In this document: positions 24,128 through 34,416 of the stretch, piece by piece
Numbering within the stretch: the first letter of the stretch is position 1
Layout: every line of letters begins with the position of its first letter
DNA from: an uncultured delta proteobacterium
GTDB lineage: Bacteria; Desulfobacterota; Binatia; UBA9968
Length of the DNA: 64,000 bases
Direction of reading: 5' to 3'
NCBI GenBank assembly: GCA_963811315.1
Contig: CAWERH010000054.1
Coordinates: forward strand, 21,197 to 85,196
Notes under the pieces: generated by a model
Told to the model about the DNA's origin: nothing
The model's input: the letters and a program-made list of their open reading frames with translations, nothing else
Databases searched by the model: none
Program-made: the position numbers and the translations under genes

Positions 24128-25130
24128 TTCGGGGGATGATCATGAAGATCAATTCGCCGATAGGTTTTGTCGGTTTGCTGCTGTGCTTGGCTGTTTCTTC
24201 GGCGCATAGCGCGGACCGCGTCGTGATCGGCAACGTTTCGCGCACGGTGGAGCAACTGCCGAACTACGCCGCGACCGATAAGGGATTCTTCGCTCAGGAA
24301 GGAATTCAAGGCGACGTGGTCTTGATCGGCTCGACCGACACGCTGATCCAGGCGCTGATCGCCGGTCAGGTCAACGTGGCGATCGTCGATCCATCGGCGG
24401 CGATCAACGCGGTGGAGCGGGGCGCTTCGCTCAAGATCATCGGCGGCACGGTGCCTATTGCCGCGTACACGTTGGTCACCTGTCCCAAGTACAAGTCGAT
24501 CAAGGATCTCAAGGGCACGACGATCGGCACGGTCAGTCTGGTGTCCGGCAGCACGATCTTCTTGCGCGAAATGCTCAAGGCGGAAGGACTTGGAGCTCAA
24601 TCGCGACTATACGATTATTCAGAACGGTCCGACGGGACAGCGGCTTGCCAGTCTCAAAAACTTGCAGCACCTCGGCGACGATGATTCTTGGCGGCGATCT
24701 GCCGCGCTCGCGAGAGCTGGGATTTCTGGAAATCGCAAAATTGTCCGACTACATTCCCAATCTGCAGTTTCATAGCTTGATCGTCGACAGCCGCTGGGCC
24801 GAAGCGAACAGCCAACTGACCGTGCGCTATCTCAAAGCGATGGTGCGCGCGATGCAGTGGGCGCACGCCAATCGCGAACAAGCGGCCGAGCTGGTCAGCA
24901 AACGCACGGGCATTCCGCTCAAATCGACGCGTTCCACCGTCGACGAATATTTATCTCAGGGCATCATCAGTCGCGACGGGTCCGTCAACCGCGAGGGTTT
25001 TCAGCGATTGATCGATTTGATGGGCGAACGCTTGTTCAAAAGCAAGCCCTATCCTGCGCCGGAAAAATATCTCGACATGAGTTACCTCCGTCGAGCGCAG
25101 CAAGAGTTGGGCATGGGAGCCGGCCGGTAG
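24124..25130 (+). pseudogene. NMT1/THI5-like ABC substrate-binding protein, two frameshifts (about 24590 and 24650)
   Basis: The signal peptide MKINSPIGFVGLLLCLAVSSAHSADR and the body run to …FLREMLKAEGL. The sequence continues in the 24458..24775 frame (ELNRDYTIIQNGPTGQRLASLKN), then in the 24645..25130 frame to the C-terminus. Confidence 0.6.
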
Positions 25131-25194
25131 ATGAGGAATTCGACCGGATCTTGCCGGCGAGAGACATTCGGTCGAAGTAAGATTATCCCGTCCG

Positions 25195-27297
25195 CTATCT
25201 CGTCGCCGCGGCCCTGATTTGGGCGTAATCGGTCCAGCCTTGCAAGACTTTGAGTATGCCGTCTTGAACCAGCGTGGTCATTTCCTGGGCGCGCGCGACT
25301 TTAAACATCTCCGATACCGTGGCCCGAGTGTTAATTAGTTTTTTTATTTCGTCGGTGATGAGCAAGAGCTCATGCAAGCCGAAGCGGCCCTTGTAGCCGG
25401 TCTCGCGGCAGGAGGGACAGCCCTTGCTGCGATTAAGCCGGAAGCTATCGTCGTAAGGGATTTTCAAATGGGCAAAGGCTTCTTCGCCAAAGCCATGAGC
25501 GAGCGCGTCGTATTCGTCCTTGGCAGGATGGTAGGACTCTCGACATTCTAGGCATAAGGTTCGCGCCAGCCGTTGCGCCAATACGCCGAGTAACGAGTCT
25601 GCGAAATTGAACGGATCGATGCCCATTTCAAGCAGGCGGCTGACTGTCTCGACGGCGCTATTGGTATGGAGCGTGCTTAAGACGAGATGGCCGGTGAGCG
25701 AGGCGTCGATCGCCACCTCCGCGGTTTCATGGTCGCGAATTTCGCCGACCATGATGACATCGGGGTCGGCGCGTAAGAAGGCGCGCATCGCGGCGGCAAA
25801 ACTGAAGCCGATTTTGGCATTGACTTGAACCTGGCGCAGGCCGGGCTGGGTTATCTCCACGGGATCTTCCGCGGTCCAGATCTTACGGGCGGGGGTATTG
25901 ATCGCCCCGAGCGCGGAATGGAGCGTCGTGGTTTTTCCGGAACCCGTCGGCCCGACGCAAAGGATCAAGCCGTAGGGTTTATCGAGCAGGCTGCGGAATT
26001 CGCGCAAATTGCGCGGCATCATTTTCAATTGATCCAGAGGAATCGGCTCCTCGGCGGCGAGAATTCGCATGACCATATCTTCATTGCCTGCGCCGGCCGT
26101 GGGGATCGTCGCCACGCGCAATTCGATCCACCGATCGCCGATCTGGAACTTGATCTTGCCGTCCTGCGGCTTGCGCCGCTCTGCAATGTCCATTCCCGCC
26201 ATGATTTTCAATCGGGATACGAGCGCGCGCCGATAGGCAGCCGGCACGAGTAAATAGTCAAAGCAGCGGCCATCGACACGAAACCGTATTCGGGTCTCAC
26301 GCTCGCTCCCTTGCGGTTCGATATGAATGTCGGAAACCCGTTGGTTGCAGGCGTCGACGATCAATTGGTTTACCAGGCGCACGATGGCGCTGTTATTTTC
26401 GTTGATGAGTTGTTCGACGCTCGTTTCCGACGCGTCTTCTTCCAAGACATCGAGCTGGCCGAGGATCATCGAAACGGACTCGCGGATGGCCGACCCAGGC
26501 AGATTTGTGCCGACGGCATTGACGTATTGGAGAATATCTTCGCGCAAACCGACGAAGCATTTGATTTTTTTACCCGGGTGGAGGCGCCTGATGTCCCTGA
26601 GTCGGTCGTGCGAATGAGGATCGTCGATCATCACATCGACGGTCTTGTCGGTGACCCGCAGAGGGATCCAGTAGTTTGTTTTTAGATAATTCGGATTGAT
26701 GCCGTTCACGCATTCCGGTGCGATCAGAAATTTTTCGTCATATTCGACAAACGGGCACTGATAGTATGCGCTCAGCGCTGCGCCGAGTTCGTGCTTCGTC
26801 AGATGCTTCTTTTTCATCAAGAGGGTTTCGACGGATGATTTTTCGCGCTCGGCCTGGTTCACGATGGCGTCAAGTTCCTGCTGTTGCAAACGGCCGTAAA
26901 GGATTAGCGCCGCAAATTTGCCGCCCGTCCGCTTCGCAGGGGAGTCGACCTGCTGCGACTGCTTGTACAAGACGCGAATCAGGGCTGACTCATCGACCAG
27001 TCCTTTTTCAAGCAGCAGCTCACCGAGCTTCTTTTTCGGGTGATGGCTCTTTTGATAATCCAGCGCTTCCTGCAGCTGATCCGTCTGAAGCAGTCCCAGG
27101 TGCACCAAAAGGTCGCCGATGTGAATGTGGCGGCGATGCTTCACCAGAACCCCGGTCAGATCAGACGAAGAGATGAAACCGAGCGCCACGCAGACCTTGC
27201 CGAGCGGCACTGACGGGTAGTCCTGCTTTTGCGCCTCGATACTCAGAACCAATTGCTCGCGGCTGAGCAGACCTTCGCGGGCGAGGATGTTCGCCAA
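25195..27297 (-). CDS. GspE/PilB-family secretion ATPase with N-terminal tandem MshEN-like (c-di-GMP-binding) motifs; orphan
   Basis: The C-terminal T2SS-E ATPase core has Walker A GPTGSGKTT, His box and a tetracysteine motif (CLEC…CPSC). The N-terminus has four matches to the 24-residue MshEN motif RLGxxLLxxGLLxxxQLxxALxxQ, e.g. HIGDLLVHLGLLQTDQLQEALDYQ and KLGELLLEKGLVDESALIRVLYKQ. No neighbouring pilus or T2SS genes. Confidence 0.8.
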   Translation of the reverse strand: MANILAREGLLSREQLVLSIEAQKQDYPSVPLGKVCVALGFISSSDLTGVLVKHRRHIHIGDLLVHLGLLQTDQLQEALDYQKSHHPKKKLGELLLEKGLVDESALIRVLYKQSQQVDSPAKRTGGKFAALILYGRLQQQELDAIVNQAEREKSSVETLLMKKKHLTKHELGAALSAYYQCPFVEYDEKFLIAPECVNGINPNYLKTNYWIPLRVTDKTVDVMIDDPHSHDRLRDIRRLHPGKKIKCFVGLREDILQYVNAVGTNLPGSAIRESVSMILGQLDVLEEDASETSVEQLINENNSAIVRLVNQLIVDACNQRVSDIHIEPQGSERETRIRFRVDGRCFDYLLVPAAYRRALVSRLKIMAGMDIAERRKPQDGKIKFQIGDRWIELRVATIPTAGAGNEDMVMRILAAEEPIPLDQLKMMPRNLREFRSLLDKPYGLILCVGPTGSGKTTTLHSALGAINTPARKIWTAEDPVEITQPGLRQVQVNAKIGFSFAAAMRAFLRADPDVIMVGEIRDHETAEVAIDASLTGHLVLSTLHTNSAVETVSRLLEMGIDPFNFADSLLGVLAQRLARTLCLECRESYHPAKDEYDALAHGFGEEAFAHLKIPYDDSFRLNRSKGCPSCRETGYKGRFGLHELLLITDEIKKLINTRATVSEMFKVARAQEMTTLVQDGILKVLQGWTDYAQIRAAATR

Positions 27298-27745
27298 TCC
27301 TTTCGGCGCCGGCCGACTGCGTATTTAAGGATACCATTTGCGGACTTTTCTCCCTTTCGGTGAAATTAGGTCAGACCGGTCTACTTACAAGCGCATTCGC
27401 CGAAAATCGTCCGCACCATTGTCATTAAAATGTTAAACATTCCTGTTCGGTGCATGCATTGGTGCCGCAATAACGCCAAATCACTCCATAGGATACCCTA
27501 TGCAGGTAGACTCGATCATAAGCATACGCAAGGATCGTGCATGGCGACGAGAAGGGCGGGCAGTTTTCGATTGACCCCAGGGCTGGCCTGAAAGTATGTT
27601 TTGGATCGCGGCGAGTCCGCGAGCCGAGGCGCGAAACATGTCAAAGAGGATCATTCAATGCCGGTGTTCACGATCGGTGCGGCAATTTGTCTTGAGGCGG
27701 CTAGGACGAAGCGCTATCAAAAAATGGAAAGGTTGCGAGCAACCG

Positions 27746-28753
27746 ATGCTTTCACTAGTTAAAAGAGTTTGGGCGGGGTCGCTGATTGTTTTGCTGTTTG
27801 CGCCGCCGTGGTCGCAAGGTGCCGAGGCGCCGCTGCGCAAATTGCGCGTGGCGATCACGTCGCTGTCCGGTTCCATGGCGGTACCGTGGCTCGCGCGCGA
27901 AGCCGGCATTTTTAAAAAACATGGTCTGGAGGTCGAGGTGATCGCGACCCCCAGCGGCGTCGAAGGGATGAATGCGCTTGATCGCCGGCGAGGTCACTTT
28001 TCTCCAGATCGCCGGTGCGACCACGGCGAGCGCGGCCGTCGGCGGCGCTGATGTCGTCGTTATCGGCACGACGATCGGCACGTTAGTGCTGAATCTGATG
28101 GTTCGGCCGGAAATCGAAAGAGCCCGAGCAGTTGCGCGGCAAATCGATCGGCATCAGCGCGCTTCGGCACGACCATCGATACCGGCGCGCGCATCGCGCT
28201 CCGTCACTTCGGCCTAGTAGCGGAAAAGGATGTATCGATCATTCAGATCGGCGGCATGGAATCCATCGTGCCGGCGATGTCGGGCAATCGAATCCAGGGC
28301 GGCATTCTCTCTTATCCCGCCATCGGGCGGGCGAAGCAGCTCGGGTTTCGCGAGCTGCTCGACATCTCGGCTTTGAACATGCCTTATGCGTCGACCGGTA
28401 TCACGACCCGCGGCGAGGTGATTCGCAAAGAGCCGGATCTGGTGCGCAAATATATGTCGGCGCAAGTCGAGGCGATCGCGCGCATGAAGCGCGATCGGCC
28501 TTTTACGATCAGCGTCATGAGCAAGTTCTTGCGCACCAACGATCAAGAACAACTCTCTGAAGCCTACGATATCTACGCCAACAAATATTTGGCGCGGGTG
28601 CCGCTGCCGACCATCGAAGCGATGCGAGCGGTGCTCGAGGAATTGGAACTGAGAAATCCCAAGGCAAAAGGGCAAGACCCGAGGAGATTTTTTGATGACC
28701 GCTTCGTCCGCGAGCTGCAAAGTAGCGGCTTCATCGATGCGCTCTATCGTTAA
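27746..28753 (+). pseudogene. NMT1/THI5-like ABC substrate-binding protein, at least three frameshifts; tandem paralog of 28737..29759
   Basis: Fragments 27596..28051, 27972..28217, 28132..28560 and 28256..28753 together reconstruct a protein collinear with the intact downstream copy (MLSLVKRVWAGSLIVLLF…VAITSLSGSMAVPWLAREAGIFKKHGLEVEV | IAGEVTFLQIAGATTASAAVGG | LRGKSIGIS… | …GNRIQGGILSYPAIGRAKQLGFRELLDISAL…RFFDDRFVRELQSSGFIDALYR). Confidence 0.65.
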
Positions 28754-29759
28754 GTTTTGGTCACGGTCGAGTAATTTGCGCGCCGCGCTGCTCGGCGTCG
28801 CGCTGCTGTTTGCGTTGGCAATACCGGTTGCGGCGCAAGAAGGGCGGCGGCTCAGAGCCGGCTACGCGTCGCTTTCCGGCAATATCACGCCGCTGTGGGC
28901 CGCGCGGGAAGCGGGTATTTTCAAGAAAAACGGATTGGACATCGACCTCATCGCCTTTCCGGCGGGCACGGAAGGTATGGCGGCGATGATCGCCGGCGAG
29001 ATCGAGTTCCTTGCCATCGCCGGCAGCACCACGGCAAGCGCGGCCATCGGCGGGGCCGAAGTCTTTACTATGGCATTGATCAACGATCGTTTGCTGACGA
29101 GCCTCGTGGTGGGCCCGGCGATTCAAAAGCCGGAAGATCTCAGGGGCAAGTCCATCGGCATCAGCCGGTTCGGTACTTCGATCGACACCGCGGCGCGGAT
29201 CGCGATTCAACATTACGGCATGGAACCGATTAAAGACGTATCCCTGGTCCAGGTCGGCGCGGTTTCGTCAGCCGTTGCGTCGTTGCGCGGCGGCCGCATC
29301 CAGGCGGCGATTCTTTCGTATCCGACGATCATTCATGCCCGGCGCGAGGGATTTCGCGAGATGTTGGATATCGCTTCGCTCGGCACGCCGTACGCCGCCA
29401 ACGGCATCACCTTACGGCGTAGCTTCATGCAGCAGAAGCGCGAAGTCACCCTGAGCTATCTTAAATCGATTCTCGAGGCCATCGCGCGGGTCAAGAAAGA
29501 CAAGCCCTTCGCCGTCGAGGTCATGGGAAAATATCTGCGCACCAAGGACAAGGAACTGCTCGATCAAACTTATGACTTTGCCATTACCAAATACCTGAAG
29601 GAGCGTCCCTACCCGACGGCCGAAGCGTTTCGTTCGGTGATCGACGAGCTTGCCCAGGTAAATCCTAAAGCCAAAGGTCAGGACCCGCGGCGATTCTACG
29701 ACGACAGCCTGCTTCAGGAGCTCGACAAAAGCGGCTTTATCAACGCACTCTATCGCTAG
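28737..29759 (+). CDS. NMT1/THI5-like ABC transporter substrate-binding protein (intact tandem paralog)
   Basis: Signal peptide MRSIVKFWSRSSNLRAALLGVALLFALAIPVAAQ. Its start overlaps the last 17 bp of the upstream degraded copy. Confidence 0.7.
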   Translation: MRSIVKFWSRSSNLRAALLGVALLFALAIPVAAQEGRRLRAGYASLSGNITPLWAAREAGIFKKNGLDIDLIAFPAGTEGMAAMIAGEIEFLAIAGSTTASAAIGGAEVFTMALINDRLLTSLVVGPAIQKPEDLRGKSIGISRFGTSIDTAARIAIQHYGMEPIKDVSLVQVGAVSSAVASLRGGRIQAAILSYPTIIHARREGFREMLDIASLGTPYAANGITLRRSFMQQKREVTLSYLKSILEAIARVKKDKPFAVEVMGKYLRTKDKELLDQTYDFAITKYLKERPYPTAEAFRSVIDELAQVNPKAKGQDPRRFYDDSLLQELDKSGFINALYR

Positions 29760-30169
29760 CTGCCTGGCTCGGAAATTGGTTGAATAAGTCATTGTCCCAT
29801 TGCAACACCTTATACAAACAGTGTTGCACTTGGTCTGTGAATTTAGGGCATCCAGATGTCGTTGAAATTCCTGGATTCCGGGTCGCGCTAGCTTCGCCAG
29901 CTTGCCCGGAATGACGGTTGAGTTAGGTTACGAACTTCTGAGACAGCACACTATCTGCCCCCGGAAAAATTGAATCGACAAAATTCGAATTTCTAAATGA
30001 GCAACGCTGCCGCCGATTTTGCCGACTCCCCGGCGAGTAACGGTTGGATCGGCGCGCCTTTTTTAACTCGCGGCGGAAACTGGTGTACGTAACAAGTAAA
30101 ACAGACCGGCCGTTGACCGGCGACGAGAAATTCAATCAGCTGAGAATGGTCACCAGGAAAACATTTCGC

Positions 30170-31183
30170 TCAGCGAAACGCCGGCATGACTTCCTTGGCG
30201 AAAAGCCGCATGGATTTGATAACTTCGGAATGCGGAATGCCGCCGAAATTGAAAGTCGTGGTTAGGGTGTCGAAATAGTAATGCTTCATGGCGTTGCGAA
30301 TATTCTGGATACACTCTTCCGGGTTGCCGTAATTGTTGCGGCCGGTGTCGAGCATCATCTGCCAATCGTAGGCCGCCGGCGCGGCGGTGAGTGAACGCCG
30401 GCCGATGCGCGAGATCTCGTCGTAGCGAGTCACCGCACGGGTGGCAATCTCTCGAGCGCGCGAAGAATTTTCATGGACGTGGGTGCGCACGTGAAACTGG
30501 CAATGACGATCCTTCGAGTCGATTCCTTGATCCTCGATGGCCTTCTTCCATGCCTCGACGCCCGGTCGTACCTTTTCCGGTGGGTGCGGATGGCCCACCG
30601 TCATGATGTGAAAACCGTGGCGTCCCGCCCAAGCTAGAGTTTGTTCAGATGTCCCGGCAACCCAAATTGGCGGATGAGGTTTTTGCACCGGTCTTGGATA
30701 AAGCGTGAGCTCGTCGAATTGCCAGAATTGGCCGCGATGGCTGAACCGCTCGTTGGTCCAGGCTTTCAATACGATCTCAAATGCTTCGTCGAGGCGCTGG
30801 CGATCATTGTCACGGGTTACCCCGAAGACTTTGTAGTCCATTTCGGTATTGCCCGAGCCGATGCCGAATTCCAACCGTCCGCCCGAAATCGCATCGACCA
30901 TGGCGTAGTCTTCGGCGCTATGGAGGGGATGGCGCAGCGGTAGAATCGCGATGCACGGACCGAGATGGATTTTAGACGTTCGTGCCGCCGCCGCCGAAAG
31001 CAGCACCGCGGGATTGGCTACCAGTCCTCCATAACCGAGAAAGTGGTGTTCATTGAACATGAAACATTCCCAACCGAGTTCTTCCGCCAACTCGACCTGC
31101 TCGAGAATTTGCCGGTAGTAGACATCGTAAGACGGGTCGACGTCGGGAAAATAAGTGGTCAAAACATTGATGAAGAAGCGCAT
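30170..31183 (-). CDS. LLM-class (luciferase-like) flavin-dependent oxidoreductase
   Basis: MRFFINVLTTYFPDVDPSYDVYYRQILEQVELAEELGWECFMFNEHHFLGYGG…; about 337 aa from the internal ATG. Confidence 0.7.
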   Translation of the reverse strand: MRFFINVLTTYFPDVDPSYDVYYRQILEQVELAEELGWECFMFNEHHFLGYGGLVANPAVLLSAAAARTSKIHLGPCIAILPLRHPLHSAEDYAMVDAISGGRLEFGIGSGNTEMDYKVFGVTRDNDRQRLDEAFEIVLKAWTNERFSHRGQFWQFDELTLYPRPVQKPHPPIWVAGTSEQTLAWAGRHGFHIMTVGHPHPPEKVRPGVEAWKKAIEDQGIDSKDRHCQFHVRTHVHENSSRAREIATRAVTRYDEISRIGRRSLTAAPAAYDWQMMLDTGRNNYGNPEECIQNIRNAMKHYYFDTLTTTFNFGGIPHSEVIKSMRLFAKEVMPAFR

Positions 31184-31372
31184 GGTTGAGGTGGCTCCCA
31201 TTCGGTAGTGCTCGGTGACGCGCCCGTCCAAGCTCGAAGCGTCGGCGCTCGCGATTTCATTCTGCGAATATTGGCGGTTCCGCCGTTGCTCTCAGATTAG
31301 TTGACGCCGCAAGCCGCTGTCAAATCAATGCAGAGGCCGCAGGAAAAACTGCGTTCGATTTGCCTCTGATAT

Positions 31373-31401
31373 TGACAATTATTATTAGTTGCAATATATT
31401 T
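31373..31401 (+). promoter_or_regulatory. sigma70-type promoter TTGACA-N17-TATATT with AT-rich quasi-palindromic operator (candidate Fur/PerR box)
   Basis: TTGACA 31373-31378, spacer ATTATTATTAGTTGCAA, TATATT 31396-31401. The overlapping TTGCAATATATTTGCAATTG is a near-palindrome. RBS AAGGAGA is at 31424 and the ATG at 31439. Confidence 0.5.
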
Positions 31402-31438
31402 GCAATTGTAAAGAGTAGTCGAAAAGGAGATAGCAAGG

Positions 31439-31999
31439 ATGACTGGATTAGGAGCAACGGTTTCCAATTACGCATCGAGCGGAGAACTTGTCGAAAGCTT
31501 ATTCCAACCCGATACCCTCCTGCCGGCGCAGTACCATGACGGTTTTAAAAGACAATCTTTGGAACCGGAACGAGAGCTGATCCTGGCAGTGTTGGAGGAC
31601 GCGGTCGTTTGTTTTCAAAAATATTTCAGGTCAACGCGAGAGAAGGAAAAACGAGTCTTCGAGGATACCGAGGCGTGGTTTGTTAGCGATGATCGCGAGT
31701 GGATTTTTTCTTTTATCAACATTTGCGACCTGCTTGGATTGGATCCCGACTATGTGCGTAAAGGTCTTTGGCGCTGGCGAGACGCCGCGATCGCGGGCCG
31801 AGGCGTGATCAATACAAACACGGCGACGGAAACTACTGACAACAAAAATGGAGAGATGATTTATGGCCGACAAACCGAAGACCCTAACGAGCGCCGCCGG
31901 CATACCGGTGGGCGACAACCAAAACGCGCTGACCGCCGGAGAGCGCGGTCCGCTGCTGATTCAAGACTGGCAGCTGTTCGAAAAGCACGCGCATTTTAA
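31439..31999 (+). CDS. hypothetical protein (first gene of candidate peroxide-stress operon); C-terminal boundary uncertain
   Basis: ORF with good RBS directly after the consensus promoter. There is no recognisable family match. The C-terminal ~45 codons overlap the catalase remnant frame and are probably not real. Confidence 0.4.
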   Translation: MTGLGATVSNYASSGELVESLFQPDTLLPAQYHDGFKRQSLEPERELILAVLEDAVVCFQKYFRSTREKEKRVFEDTEAWFVSDDREWIFSFINICDLLGLDPDYVRKGLWRWRDAAIAGRGVINTNTATETTDNKNGEMIYGRQTEDPNERRRHTGGRQPKRADRRRARSAADSRLAAVRKARAF

Positions 32000-32080
32000 C
32001 CGCGAGCGCAATCGAGCACATGTCACGCCAAAGGACGGCGGCATTCGGCACGCTCACGGCTGCCATCGATCGCTGCACTT
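31863..32080 (+). pseudogene. catalase N-terminal remnant (truncated/degenerate)
   Basis: [49 protein letters not shown] matches the conserved catalase N-terminal arm (…APVGDNQNSLTAG.RGP.LLQD..L.EKLAHFDRERIPERVVHA…). Similarity then decays, with a short echo (AAFGTLT) in another frame, and ends after fewer than 100 codons. Confidence 0.6.
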
Positions 32081-32214
32081 CTACAAGGCTGATCCAGCCT
32101 ACGGTGAGGGCGTGGCCAAAGGACTGGATTTGCCTCTTCCGAAAATGTCATAGTAGCACGACATCAACACGCGGGGCGTTTGTCATCCTAGCGCCCCGCG
32201 TGTCGTAGGAATAA

Positions 32215-32718
32215 GTGAAAAATCATCAGGAACACAATCAGGTCAAGTTGGACCTTTTAGAGTCGATCTCGCGCGAGCGCAATCTGCCGGTTACGATCCA
32301 GCGTCGGGTGGTTCTCAATGCGCTGCTTGACCGGGACGATCATCCGACCGTGGATCAGCTTTTCGAGGACGTCAAAGTGCGCATGCCGGGGGTATCGCGC
32401 ACGACGATCTATCGGGCGCTGGAAACACTCGTGGAGTTGGGCTTGGCGCGGCGCACCAATCACTTTGAAGCGTCGGCTCGATTCGACGGCAACACCGATC
32501 ATCATCACCACTTGGTCTGCCGGCGCTGTAACCACGTCGAGGACATCGATCACCCCAGTCTGAAGAAATTCACGCCGCCCAATCTCGGCAACACCGCCTT
32601 CCAAGTTTTGGACTATTCCATCCATCTCGAAGGCCTGTGCGCCGAGTGTCAAAAGCGCGGTTCGAAATCGGCGCCGAAGAAACAAACTGCCAAGCGCCCG
32701 CGCGCGCTTTCCCGTTGA
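32215..32718 (+). CDS. Fur-family transcriptional regulator (PerR/Fur-like)
   Basis: Winged-helix N-terminus (…PTVDQLFEDVKVRMPGVSRTTIYRALETLVELGLARR), HHHH metal site and two CxxC pairs (CRRCNHV…CAEC); 167 aa. Confidence 0.8.
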   Translation: MKNHQEHNQVKLDLLESISRERNLPVTIQRRVVLNALLDRDDHPTVDQLFEDVKVRMPGVSRTTIYRALETLVELGLARRTNHFEASARFDGNTDHHHHLVCRRCNHVEDIDHPSLKKFTPPNLGNTAFQVLDYSIHLEGLCAECQKRGSKSAPKKQTAKRPRALSR

Positions 32719-32803
32719 CCGCGCTCGGCACGCGGCAACTATTACCCCCAGTAGAATCTAGAACCGCACCAAGGTACGCTTACGCCGGTCCGTTGCGGAC
32801 AAC

Positions 32804-33580
32804 TCATGAATCCGGAGTCGCGATTGTTGCGGCGATTTGCCATGCAATCACCCGTTCACTTTTGCCTTTGAGCAGCAATTCGCGCCGCGTCGCGTGCGGA
32901 AAATCGTCCGCCACGCGGTCGTAGGTCTGCTGCGAAATCAGAATTTCTCCGGACAACGCCTCGCTTTCAAGGCGCGCGGCGACGTTGACGGTATCTCCCA
33001 GAACTGTGTAGTCGGTCACGTCGCTGCCGCCGACGTTGCCGACAAATGCTTCTCCCGTGGTAATTCCGACGCCCACTGTGAGCGTATCTTCTTGGGGAAA
33101 ATTCGCCGATCGCGCGGCGTAATTTCCAACGCGGTCGTCACGGCGCGGCGCGCATGATCGTTATGCATTCAACGGCGGCCCGAAGAACGCCATCACTTGA
33201 TCGCCAACCATTTTGTCCAAGGTGCCGTCCTGGCGGAAGATCGCTTTGGAGGCACCTCATAAAAGCGGTTGAGGTGCGCGGCGATGGCGTGGGGATTGGT
33301 TTTTTCGGCAAGCGCGGTATATCCGCGAATGTCGACGAACAGAACCGAAAGCGCATGGAGCTCCCCGCCCGGAGGAGCCAGCTCGTATCAAAGCGTGCAA
33401 AGATTCGGGATTTTTTCGCGACGGACGAATCTGCAGCAACTTAAACGGGACAGCGCAAATCCCCAAGAAAGGAATCAAGCATTCCTTGCAGCGTTTGTGC
33501 GACGGCAGCTTGCGGTAAAAGCGCCGGGCGATGCGAGTCGTTCCCAGCCGTTGTCTGATCGCGATGAGAAATTGCTTCAT
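32804..33580 (-). pseudogene. class III adenylate/guanylate cyclase (CHD domain), frameshifted; last gene of ABC transporter operon
   Basis: Manual translation of the minus strand near 33240-33330 gives VLFVDIRGYTALAEKTNPHAIAAHLNRFYEVP. 32804..33076 continues with GVGITTGEAFVGNVGGSDVTDYTVLGDTVNVAARLESEA. The frames do not join without at least two indels. Confidence 0.6.
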
Positions 33581-33600
33581 GCTTCTTCATCCCCAAAAAG

Positions 33601-34410
33601 CTAAAAATACAGGCTCGCGTCCAATTGCGCGCGGGCGCCGGGCGCGTACCGCGAGAACAGCCATTTCATCGCAGTGTTGACGAGCGCTGCCAGGATAAAA
33701 ATAAACAGCAGCAACGAATACATGTCGGCGATACGGAACTGCCCATAGTATTCGACGATCAAAAAGCCCAGCCCGGCGTTGGCGATCTTGGTCTCGGCGA
33801 GCAGCGCGCCAGTGACAGCCGCGCCCATGCCGATCCTTATGCCGGTGAAAATTTGCCCGGCGATGGCGGGCAGATAGATACGCGTGGCGATCTGAAAAGC
33901 GCTGGCGCCGACCATGCGCGCCACGTCGACGTAGACTTTCTTGACTTCGCGCATGCCGGCAATCGTGAGCAGCGCGATGGGAAAGAACGCGGCGATCGCC
34001 CCAACCGCCAGTTTGGAACGAACGTCGATCCCGAGAAACAAAATGAAAATCGGGAAAATGACGATCTTCGGCACGACGGCGGCGTAAAGGATCAATGGCT
34101 CGGCGACCTGATACCAGTTTTGCCGGCTGCCGAACAGAATGCCGAGCGGGATGCCGGTTGCCGCGGCGAAGATCAGCGCGCCGCCGACTTCGTAGAGGCT
34201 GGCTTTGAGATGGGGCAAAATAAGCGGCGTGGTGACATAGGTCCAGAGCGATTGCAGCACGCTGAGCACGGACGGAAAAAGCTCGGGAAACAAGAGGCCG
34301 GTTCTGCCGATCGATTCCCACACCCCGATCATCAGCAGCACGGTCAATAGCTGGACGCTGACAGGCGTTTGCAGATAGCTTGCCGTGGTTCTTTGAGTCG
34401 CGGTCTTCAC
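33601..34410 (-). CDS. ABC transporter permease (binding-protein-dependent inner membrane component, NitT/TauT-like)
   Basis: Multi-TM hydrophobic protein; 269 aa; operon position after the second permease. Confidence 0.75.
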   Translation of the reverse strand: MKTATQRTTASYLQTPVSVQLLTVLLMIGVWESIGRTGLLFPELFPSVLSVLQSLWTYVTTPLILPHLKASLYEVGGALIFAAATGIPLGILFGSRQNWYQVAEPLILYAAVVPKIVIFPIFILFLGIDVRSKLAVGAIAAFFPIALLTIAGMREVKKVYVDVARMVGASAFQIATRIYLPAIAGQIFTGIRIGMGAAVTGALLAETKIANAGLGFLIVEYYGQFRIADMYSLLLFIFILAALVNTAMKWLFSRYAPGARAQLDASLYF

Positions 34411-34416
34411 GGATGG

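Noticed and set aside
29930-29975. CTGAGA motif in the AT-richer 29760-30170 convergent intergenic, considered as a possible TPP (THI-box) riboswitch given the many NMT1/THI5-like genes
   Set aside because: The remaining conserved THI-element segments (the ACCTGATCTGGATAATGCCAGCG-like core) are not present, and the region lies between two convergent gene ends rather than in a 5'-UTR.
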